Origin: an uncultured Candidatus Saccharibacteria bacterium
GTDB lineage: Bacteria > Patescibacteriota > Minisyncoccia > Phycocordibacterales > CAIRYW01
DNA length: 64,000 nucleotides
Direction of reading: 5' to 3'
NCBI GenBank assembly: GCA_964487135.1
Contig: CAZAOU010000001.1
Coordinates: forward strand, 8,542 to 72,541
Below are positions 31,526 through 39,170 of this stretch, piece after piece (positions within the stretch are counted from its first letter, which is position 1; each line of letters opens with the position of its first letter). The translations under genes and the position numbers were made by a program. The notes beneath the pieces were generated by a model, which saw only the letters and a list, made by a program, of their open reading frames with translations, was not told the origin of the DNA and did not search any database.

Positions 31526-32104
31526 TTATTTTATCAGCTTTAAACGTCGTAGTCTAGAAATATTAATAGTGCCTTCTCTCTCAACCCTAAAGCCAATTTT
31601 TGGGTTATGGGAGAGAATTGTTGAAGGGGTGGTCTTTGTTCTTCCTGAAGTATAAAAATCAACCTGTGAGCCAAAATAAGCCTTTGCCGCAAGAACTCCC
31701 CTGGCAGGTGGCATTCCTTCAATATTAGCGCTTGGTGCTACCAACGGACCCGTTTTCGCAATAAGACTCTTTAATTTCTTGTTTTTAGGAAGACGAAAAC
31801 ACAAAGTTTTAGTTCCTCGGTGTAAATATTCAAATTTCTTAGATTGAACAGGAAAAATAATTGATACTGGCCCTGGCCATAATTTTGAAAGCTCTTTTGG
31901 AACATTTTTTACTCCAAATTTTTTAATGTCATCAATTTTAGAAATAAGAATAATAAATGGCTTAAGGGGATTTCTTTTTCTTACTTTATATATTTTCTCA
32001 ACTGTTTTTTTATTTTCTGCCTTCCCCACTAAACCAAAAATAGTGTCGGTCGGCATAACACCAATTCCCCCTTTTTTAATAATAGAAATTATTTCTTTTT
32101 TCAC
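31526..32104 (-). CDS. tsaC: L-threonylcarbamoyladenylate synthase (TsaC/YrdC)
   Basis: PTDTIFGL, K-R---KP, LWPGPVS, APSAN, PSTI. Confidence 0.9.
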   Translation of the reverse strand: MKKEIISIIKKGGIGVMPTDTIFGLVGKAENKKTVEKIYKVRKRNPLKPFIILISKIDDIKKFGVKNVPKELSKLWPGPVSIIFPVQSKKFEYLHRGTKTLCFRLPKNKKLKSLIAKTGPLVAPSANIEGMPPARGVLAAKAYFGSQVDFYTSGRTKTTPSTILSHNPKIGFRVEREGTINISRLRRLKLIK

Positions 32105-34320
32105 ACCCTCATAATACGGAAAGTTCCAAATCCTGCAAGAATAAGACCTATAATAATTAATAATTTGGAATACAATTCTTTCGGTAGGGCTACAGAGGAA
32201 ACCCCAGCAACAAGTTCAGTATTTTTTATTGGTAAAGTAGTGCTAGCTGTTAAAGAGTCTTCTATTTTTTTTGAGTCCTCTGCGCCCAATACATCTCCAA
32301 CAAATTCATCCTCCTCAGTATTATTAGAAATAATATTTTTAATTTCTGGTGTAGTTGTTGAAGCAAAAGAAATTATAGTTGAAGTGGCTGATGTAGAGCT
32401 TGCAACACCAACAATTTCGCCACCCACTGTATTATTAATTACAGTATTCTGCTTAGAAACATTCTGCAAAATAGTGTCCCAAGTTTTTCCTGAAACAGCA
32501 GGAACAGCATAAGAAGTAGCCCAGATTCTATTGTCAGTTGTTTCTGTAGCATCCTTCATTCCACCATCTGATTGTTGTTTACTCCACAGATAGTCAAACG
32601 AATTATTTCCACTTTTCAAAATAGTTTCAGGATTATTTTCTAAAGCATAAAGACCCAAAACAAACCAAGCCGTTGAAGAAACAGGATCGACATTTCCAAA
32701 AGATCCGTCGTTATTTTGACTAGCTATCACCGCCTGAGAAAGATTTGCTTTTGCAGAATCTGCACCAGAATTTGAAATAAGTGATAACGCCTGCAAAGTA
32801 GCCCCAGCAGTATCAGGATCATTAATATTAGATATATTATTTAGAACGACTTCACCGGCCTTTTTTATAATATCTTCATCAGCCTCAAAGCCAACATTTC
32901 TTAAAACCAAAATTCCAAAAACATCATCATTAAACAGTCCTGCCTCGCCTATTTGATTACCGTCAAAGGAAGAAACTGTTTTGGAAATGTAATCTATAGG
33001 ACCATCAGAATAAGGATTTAAACCGAGTGCAAGCATTGCCATGACTCGTCTTTCATAATCAGTCACCGCACTTCCATCAAGAGAATCTGTTTTTAGAAAT
33101 TCTCTTAATTTATTTTTTGCATCATCATGCCCAGTTGATGCTCCGTATGCAATTGACGCCCAGTCGGTATACAAATCTGCCCCAAAACTTCCGTCAGTTT
33201 TTTGTTTTGAATCAAGAAAAGTGAGTAAAGTTTCAAGGTTGGGTTTATTGTGCGAAATTCCCCCTCCACCACCACCTGAATTATTTGTATTAGATTCTGT
33301 AGTTGTAGAAGTAGAATCTGTAGATGTTGCAGAAGAAGTTGCAACAAAATCAACAATATCGTAAGACCAAGTTGGATAATAATAATCATCCTTAAAACCA
33401 AAATAATAAGTACTTGTTGCTATCAAAGAAAACGATGACTGACCCAAAGAATCTGTTGTTGATGTAGCAACTTCAATTGGAGACCAAGGATTACTTGGAT
33501 CAGGTAAAGTTGCCCCTACAACACTTCCATCAATAGGTATCCAAGTATTGTCACTGTAACTGTATCTTTGAGCTTCAATTTTAAAAGTTGTATTAGTGGT
33601 TGTAGCAACATCAGGAACAACTATCCTTTTTGAATAACCAAAATAAAGATAAATTGTATCTCCGTTAGAAACAGAAACATCATCAACACCAACGTATGGA
33701 TAAGTGTCATTTACAACATACTGCCAGTTATAACATTCATTAGATCCCAAAGAAGCTATGTTGATACAATTTATAATAAATGAATCAAATGATGAATAAT
33801 ATGCTAAGTCAGAAATATTTAATTCTTCACTTAAAGCATCGGCTATAGACACTAAAGAAAGAACACTGCTAGAAGGAATGGATCGGGCTGTTCCAGTATT
33901 ATCCGTAACATCAATGTTTGGTGTCTCGGGCAAATCAACCACATCATCAAAAACAATATTTTCTCCATGTCTAACGATCACCCTAACACCTTGAGTGGTT
34001 GAAGAAGTTGATTCAGAAGAAAATGAGCTTGTTTCAGTTAATTCTTCAGTAGTTGTCGCTAAATTTATTTCTGGCTCTGTAATAATTTCTTCTGTAGTGG
34101 TTGAATTATCATTTTCTTCAATAATCCCTTGAGTCTCGGTGTTGTCTTCAACGGTTGAAGTTTCTAACCCTGAATCATTACTGTCAGTAACCACTTCTTC
34201 TGAGGAATTAGTTGTGTCAGTTTCAATAACAATCTCTTCATCAGCAAAAACAAATATTGGATTTAAAATCAAAATACCAACAACAGTAATTCCTATAAAT
34301 TTTTTAATAATTTTTTTCAT
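32101..34320 (-). CDS. Large surface protein: signal peptide, DUF4430/transcobalamin-C-like domain, prenyltransferase-like alpha barrel, C-terminal TM anchor
   Basis: WQYVVND---VGV----V--GDTIYLYF; repeated Q--DGSFG motifs; Ser/Thr-rich linkers; C-terminal hydrophobic helix. Confidence 0.7.
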   Translation of the reverse strand: MKKIIKKFIGITVVGILILNPIFVFADEEIVIETDTTNSSEEVVTDSNDSGLETSTVEDNTETQGIIEENDNSTTTEEIITEPEINLATTTEELTETSSFSSESTSSTTQGVRVIVRHGENIVFDDVVDLPETPNIDVTDNTGTARSIPSSSVLSLVSIADALSEELNISDLAYYSSFDSFIINCINIASLGSNECYNWQYVVNDTYPYVGVDDVSVSNGDTIYLYFGYSKRIVVPDVATTTNTTFKIEAQRYSYSDNTWIPIDGSVVGATLPDPSNPWSPIEVATSTTDSLGQSSFSLIATSTYYFGFKDDYYYPTWSYDIVDFVATSSATSTDSTSTTTESNTNNSGGGGGGISHNKPNLETLLTFLDSKQKTDGSFGADLYTDWASIAYGASTGHDDAKNKLREFLKTDSLDGSAVTDYERRVMAMLALGLNPYSDGPIDYISKTVSSFDGNQIGEAGLFNDDVFGILVLRNVGFEADEDIIKKAGEVVLNNISNINDPDTAGATLQALSLISNSGADSAKANLSQAVIASQNNDGSFGNVDPVSSTAWFVLGLYALENNPETILKSGNNSFDYLWSKQQSDGGMKDATETTDNRIWATSYAVPAVSGKTWDTILQNVSKQNTVINNTVGGEIVGVASSTSATSTIISFASTTTPEIKNIISNNTEEDEFVGDVLGAEDSKKIEDSLTASTTLPIKNTELVAGVSSVALPKELYSKLLIIIGLILAGFGTFRIMRV

Positions 34321-34807
34321 ATTTCCACTCAATAACATCACCCTCTTTTAATATGTAAGAAGAAACTCCGACAGTCGCCTCCTTTCCATTTATGTAATAA
34401 ATCCACGAATAACCGTTTTCTGCTTTTTTACCGTTTATTTCTTCCACCATAGTTCCTAAACCACTAAATTCTTTACCCCTAAAAAACAAAATTCCTTCAT
34501 TTTTTGCTATTGTGAGTGAATCAAGTAATGTATCTCCTGCTGTAAATTTTAAAGAAATTGTTTTTCCTTCGATAATAGTGTCTGCGTGAAGATAATTTAT
34601 TTTTTTGTCAGAAGCTTTTTTTATTTCTGTAGGTTTTGGGGTATTTTTAAAATCCTCATACGTTTCCTCATAATTGGAATTAACTTCTACGGATTGAGCA
34701 ACTTCATCTTTTTTAAAAAACAAAAATCCACCCCAAACAATCAAAATAATTCCAATAATAATTGAAGTTTTTTCTATTAATTTTTCTTTTTTGATTACTA
34801 TTTTCAT
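34304..34807 (-). CDS. Membrane-anchored DUF4430 (transcobalamin C-terminal-like) protein
   Basis: GLGTMVEEINGK...WIYYINGKEATVGVSSYILKEGDVIEWKY. Confidence 0.85.
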   Translation of the reverse strand: MKIVIKKEKLIEKTSIIIGIILIVWGGFLFFKKDEVAQSVEVNSNYEETYEDFKNTPKPTEIKKASDKKINYLHADTIIEGKTISLKFTAGDTLLDSLTIAKNEGILFFRGKEFSGLGTMVEEINGKKAENGYSWIYYINGKEATVGVSSYILKEGDVIEWKYEKNY

Positions 34808-34811
34808 ACAA

Positions 34812-34840
34812 CAAAAAAAACCGCCCGTCCAAAGCAGTTT
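34812..34840 (-). terminator. Intrinsic terminator forming the riboswitch expression platform
   Basis: AAACUGCUU-UGGAC-GGGCGGUUUUUUUU, ending a few nt before the ATG at 34807. Confidence 0.75.
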
Positions 34841-34899
34841 CAAAATTTATTTTGCTATAAAAATTATTAGCAAAATATTTTCCTGCTCGGGATAATAAA

Positions 34900-34995
34900 G
34901 ATTTTCTAAAGATCGGACTTGTTTTGCTAAATTGCAAACTTTACCGTTGCGGCACAGCGGAGGAATCAAACCTCACTTCCATAGAAAACCTATTT
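34900..34995 (-). promoter_or_regulatory. Cobalamin riboswitch (short, class II-like)
   Basis: Minus strand: UUUUCUA-UGGAAG-UGAGG-UUUGAUU-CCUC-CGCUGUGCCGCAACGGUAA...AAGUCCGA-UCUU-UAGAAAA; matches the GGAA, T-loop hairpin, CCGCAACGGU and AGUCCGA B12-box pattern. Confidence 0.8.
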
Positions 34996-35018
34996 ACGAA
35001 TCAATGAACAATAATACT

Positions 35019-35555
35019 TTATGCCCTTATCTTAGACTTTGCAACTTCCAAACCATACTGCGAAACAGGAACACTAACTCTGGCAAGAGCTTTTTCTATT
35101 AAAGGACTAAGAATAAGAGTGAATAATACTCCGCCCATCAAGTGCATTGCTGTAAAAGGAATTTGCCCAACAAACGCAACCGCAATCGAGCCACCAGAAA
35201 TCATTGGCCCCAAAACAATACCGGTCATAAAATCATAAAAAATAATTGAAATTACGGAAAAAGAAACATAAGAGGTTCTAGAAAATGGTTTTTTAGCAAA
35301 ATATAAGTGACTAAAAAGACCCAAAACAGCATACATGCCTCCAGTAGTCCAAGTGTATCCACCAATTCCAGCAGTTAGTAAATCGTGAAGGAATATACTT
35401 AAAAACCCAAAGAAAGCCATTTCCAGAGCACTAATTTTTTTAGAAAAAGGCATCATTACAGAAAGTAACGGCTCAACATTAGGTGGTCTAAAAGGCACAA
35501 GCCGATAAATAGCTGCAAAAATAAATCCAGTAACAAGTAATATTCTTTCTTTCAT
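35019..35555 (-). CDS. ECF transporter S-component, probably for cobalamin (CbrT-like)
   Basis: 178 aa, about 6 TM, RLVPFRPPNVEP loop, IPF--H--G in the last helix; adjacent to the B12 riboswitch. Confidence 0.7.
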   Translation of the reverse strand: MKERILLVTGFIFAAIYRLVPFRPPNVEPLLSVMMPFSKKISALEMAFFGFLSIFLHDLLTAGIGGYTWTTGGMYAVLGLFSHLYFAKKPFSRTSYVSFSVISIIFYDFMTGIVLGPMISGGSIAVAFVGQIPFTAMHLMGGVLFTLILSPLIEKALARVSVPVSQYGLEVAKSKIRA

Positions 35556-35604
35556 AATTTTTAACTAGACCATTCTACAAGACTTGCCAACACTTGCGCA
35601 AGTT

Positions 35605-36162
35605 TTATATCTCTGTCATTTTTATAATTTCAGATAATACTTCAGGAAGAGTTGTAAAACCACTTCTTCCATTGAGATGACCTCCATTTTTTATTATTGT
35701 AAGTGAAGCGCCAAGATTTTTAGACAGAAATTCTGCGTCAGAAAGAGGAACAAGTGGATCATTATCTCCATGAATAACTGCAAATTTGTTCACCTTTGAT
35801 TTTATTGCTTCAAAATCAAAATCTTTTTCTAGAAAAACATTTACTTTTTCATTATCTGTTTTATGTGCTGGCCCAGAAACCAAAACAACCCCTTTCACAT
35901 TCTTAGCAGATGTTTTTTCAAGAAATCGAAGAATTGCAGGCACACCAAGACTATGCCCTACTAGAAAAATCTCATCATTTTGATTTCTTTCAACGTGTCT
36001 TTCAATCTCTTCTACCCATTCGCTACAAACTGGAGTTTCAGGACTTGGCATTGATAGAGCGCAAGCATAAACATCTTTTTTCTCAAGCTCACCCATAAGA
36101 TAAGGGCGCCATCCCCCATTTGGACTCCCTTCAAAACCATGAACAATAAAAACTTTTTTCAT
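35605..36162 (-). CDS. RBBP9/YdeN family alpha/beta hydrolase
   Basis: IVHGF, VGHSLG, HGDNDP, GGHLN. Confidence 0.9.
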   Translation of the reverse strand: MKKVFIVHGFEGSPNGGWRPYLMGELEKKDVYACALSMPSPETPVCSEWVEEIERHVERNQNDEIFLVGHSLGVPAILRFLEKTSAKNVKGVVLVSGPAHKTDNEKVNVFLEKDFDFEAIKSKVNKFAVIHGDNDPLVPLSDAEFLSKNLGASLTIIKNGGHLNGRSGFTTLPEVLSEIIKMTEI

Positions 36163-36218
36163 GGGAATAATATAACATAGTGGCTTACCAAAATCTCTTT
36201 TGGTATGATGTCTTTATT

Positions 36219-36965
36219 ATGAAAAGACGAATATACATAAGTTTATTAGTGCTTGTTGTAGCGATAGTTGTTTTATTAACTATTTTTCCTAAAACCACCT
36301 CCCATATTGAATTAACAACTCCAAATAATAAAGAAAATATATCTGAAAATAATTCCAACACTTCATCTACAACAGATTCTGCAACAAAATTAGTTTTATC
36401 AAAACCTCAGAGCCCTGAATGGGAAGTTTTTCAAAAATATATTACTTTTGCTAAAAACCATGATTTGGAAGGAATAAAAACACTTTCATACCAAATTTCA
36501 GAAACTTGCAAAGATAAAAATTTAGAAAAACAGTGTTTTGCTTTGATGGACAATGTGTATCAGATCGGCTCAAATCTCAAAGAATCAAACTATGTAAACA
36601 AATGGTCTGATGGCAAACAAATAATAATCTCAACAAATCCTGTTAAAAAAACTGAGGGAGATAATGTTGGATATCAGCAAGGTTTTATTATTTTCACAAA
36701 AGATAACTCGGGAAATTTAAAACTTTTAGGGTTAGATCCATACAAAAGTGTTTATTTGTCTAAAAAAGATTTCTCGGCAACGGAATTAGAAACAAGACTA
36801 AAAGCAATGCTTGCCGATAGTGATAAAGATGGACTGTATGACGAAGAAGAAAATTGTTCTGGAATATATTCAAATCCTAAATGCATAAAAACTAATCCAA
36901 ACAAAAGAGATTCTGATGGCGATGGTTGGTGGGATAGAATAAATTCTCTGTTTTATAAAAATTAA
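36219..36965 (+). CDS. Membrane-anchored protein with Ca-binding DxDxDG (TSP3-like) repeats
   Basis: N-terminal TM; DSDKDGLYDEEE...TNPNKRDSDGDGWWD. Confidence 0.7.
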   Translation: MKRRIYISLLVLVVAIVVLLTIFPKTTSHIELTTPNNKENISENNSNTSSTTDSATKLVLSKPQSPEWEVFQKYITFAKNHDLEGIKTLSYQISETCKDKNLEKQCFALMDNVYQIGSNLKESNYVNKWSDGKQIIISTNPVKKTEGDNVGYQQGFIIFTKDNSGNLKLLGLDPYKSVYLSKKDFSATELETRLKAMLADSDKDGLYDEEENCSGIYSNPKCIKTNPNKRDSDGDGWWDRINSLFYKN

Positions 36966-36978
36966 ATAGAGGTTAGAT

Positions 36979-37025
36979 AAAAAAATGCGCGCCAGCCGGA
37001 CTTGCGTTCGGCTGGCGCTTTTTTA
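36979..37025. terminator. Bidirectional intrinsic terminator
   Basis: A-run, GCGCCAGCCGGAC-TTGC-GTTCGGCTGGCGC, T-run between convergent genes. Confidence 0.8.
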
Positions 37026-37046
37026 CATAGGCGATTTTGGTTGGTC

Positions 37047-38159
37047 TTAACCCCGACGATCCTTCCCGAGGAACACGACTCTCGGGCAAACCACTGTGGG
37101 ATTCTGGAAGTAAACGTTCGGCTGAATTAGCGCGTCCGTTGCATCTTTCCAGATCCAGTTTTGCGGTGAAAACTTCATCGTAACCGTCGGCGGATTCTTC
37201 AGGTTGTAGTAGCTGAAGGTTCCAGTAATTCCGAAGGATGTTACCCCTTCTTCGTAGTAGAGTTTTACCCCAGGAAACGTCACCTTGATACGATCGCCGG
37301 CGAGTTTAAACTGGGGCTTCACAGGTTTTGTTCCGGGAATAATTACCCCGTTACTGTCGGTAATCGCGACGTTAGTCAGCCCACTGAGGAGCTTCGAGTC
37401 GGCGACACTGAACCACAACTCAAACTCCATGTTCTCGCTGTGCACCTGCATATTCTCAACATTGACGGAAATCACCCCGAGCGTAACTCGGCGACCACCA
37501 ACCTTGAGGTAGTCAACCATCGGCGGAACGATACTTTGCCCTGCCTTGACCTGAACTCTCCCGCGCGGATAGTAGCCTGATACCACAGTGTGATAATTCC
37601 CCACCGTGCTCGCGTTATACATCCACCAGATCTCTGTGTTGTCGTCAGCGTCGAGGTAGTTCAAACTGACTCGAATTGTCTCACCGCCGTGTTGATATGC
37701 ACGACCACCCACGAGTCCGTAGACGACGTAGGATTGGTAAGCACCGTTCGGACGAATGAGATCATCCTGAATCGGCAGGACGAATTCGCCTTGCTGACCG
37801 GAAATAATCGGGAGTCGCCCCACGACTTTTTCTTTGATGTCGTGAACTTCCTGAACCTCGCCGTTTTTGTCGACAACTGCTTTTACGGTGTCATCTTGAG
37901 CGACAGCGACCAGGGCATCGAAAACTTCCGCGGGCCCACTGATGTTGAGGTGGAGAGCCGAGACGTCGCTCGGCCCAGTTCCGATTCCGTGATGAATCCG
38001 GAGAACCTCACCGAGGGTTCCGGGAACGAGATTGGTGCTCGGCAATTGAGCCCCCTCAAGGATTTCGATGTGGACTTTCGCCAACACCTGGTTGGGCGTG
38101 GCGATTAGGGCGAAGATCGTCGCGAAGGCGACGATCATAACAGACTTCAGTTGCTTCAT
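37047..38159 (-). CDS. Secreted beta-rich protein (GC-richer orphan, possibly a surface protein)
   Basis: Signal peptide ending VLA-K; 370 aa rich in beta-strand patterns. Confidence 0.7.
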   Translation of the reverse strand: MKQLKSVMIVAFATIFALIATPNQVLAKVHIEILEGAQLPSTNLVPGTLGEVLRIHHGIGTGPSDVSALHLNISGPAEVFDALVAVAQDDTVKAVVDKNGEVQEVHDIKEKVVGRLPIISGQQGEFVLPIQDDLIRPNGAYQSYVVYGLVGGRAYQHGGETIRVSLNYLDADDNTEIWWMYNASTVGNYHTVVSGYYPRGRVQVKAGQSIVPPMVDYLKVGGRRVTLGVISVNVENMQVHSENMEFELWFSVADSKLLSGLTNVAITDSNGVIIPGTKPVKPQFKLAGDRIKVTFPGVKLYYEEGVTSFGITGTFSYYNLKNPPTVTMKFSPQNWIWKDATDALIQPNVYFQNPTVVCPRVVFLGKDRRG

Positions 38160-38312
38160 AGGAAAAACCGGCTTGTTAGCCGGCGTAGTTTTTTTTGCTT
38201 TGGGTTTTTCGTTTAACCTAAGGCTGTCCATTCGCAGGCAACAAGCTTTCGCTTATGCTTTTGTAAAGTACAACAAAAAACTGCCATTCAGCAGTTTTCC
38301 TAGGTTGTTGCG

Positions 38313-38406
38313 ATTATAGCATACTTTTATAAATATGTAAATACTTAACTCTCCAACCCTTAGGTTAATTAAAATAATTGACAAAACCTAATATAAATTT
38401 TATAGT
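38313..38406. promoter_or_regulatory. Divergent sigma70 promoters
   Basis: Minus: TTTACA-17-TATAAT (38341 to 38313); plus: TTGACA (38378)-17-TATAGT (38401). Confidence 0.7.
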
Positions 38407-38513
38407 ACACAAACGTTCTTTCCAGATTAAGACCAAAAGCCGAGTGGCCAAGGTTATCATCCTGCAAAGACCAAACAAGACCGAAAACAAACAGAAACCA
38501 CCGTATCAACCGT

Positions 38514-39095
38514 ATGAAAAACCTCACTGCCCTCGTCGCCCAATTTCCGGTCGCCGAGTTCAAATCACCAACAAACAAAGTCCAAGAAGGCGAAACCGTC
38601 CTCGGGGTTCTCCCCGACGATCTCAAACGTCTCTGGGGCTTCCTCCAGTCGCTTCGAGAGAAGCACAAACCTGAACTGAAGCGTCTCTCCGATGAGCACA
38701 TGAAACTGAACGCGGCCTTCTTGGCCGACCACATGACCGGAAGTCTCGACAAATCGGGCAAGCACAACCACGCGGCTTGCGAAGCCAGGCAACGCGAAAT
38801 CATGGACCTCGCAACCCAATACAAGGGCCTTACCGACGAGATCGACGCGATCGCGCGCATCTTCTGGGACTCGGTGCGTGTGGAGTTCAACGCCTTTGAC
38901 GCCGACCAGATCGGTCTCCGTGAGAAGGGTCAAGTCGTCGCCATGAAGAGCAAGAAATACGAGACGATCGAATTCGAGGGAAATTTCGCCGACCTCGGCG
39001 AACTACTCGAAACCATCAGTCGCGGTTTCCGCACGCCTCCGCGTCGCGGTCGTCGCACGGGCTTCTTCAGTCAAATCTTCGGCAACGGTCACTAG
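38514..39095 (+). CDS. Hypothetical coiled-coil protein (GC-richer orphan)
   Basis: 193 aa with consistent C/G third-position bias; has its own promoter and terminator. Confidence 0.75.
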   Translation: MKNLTALVAQFPVAEFKSPTNKVQEGETVLGVLPDDLKRLWGFLQSLREKHKPELKRLSDEHMKLNAAFLADHMTGSLDKSGKHNHAACEARQREIMDLATQYKGLTDEIDAIARIFWDSVRVEFNAFDADQIGLREKGQVVAMKSKKYETIEFEGNFADLGELLETISRGFRTPPRRGRRTGFFSQIFGNGH

Positions 39096-39118
39096 ACCGT
39101 CCTCAAGTCTATCTGACA

Positions 39119-39153
39119 TCTACCCAAGCCCCTAAAGCTTGGGTAGAATTTTT
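39119..39153 (+). terminator. Intrinsic terminator
   Basis: CTACCCAAGC-CCCTAAA-GCTTGGGTAG-AATTTTT. Confidence 0.7.
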
Positions 39154-39170
39154 ATACTAAAAAGTATTTA

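Noticed and set aside
37285-38108. Long plus-strand ORFs (37285-37512, 37590-38108)
   Set aside because: Antisense shadows of the GC-richer gene 37047-38159, which has a signal peptide, promoter and terminator
38369-38933. Alternative ORFs 38369-38890, 38378-38674 and 38565-38933
   Set aside because: They overlap 38514-39095; the start of 38378 is the TTG of the -35 box; stop-poor frames are expected at higher GC
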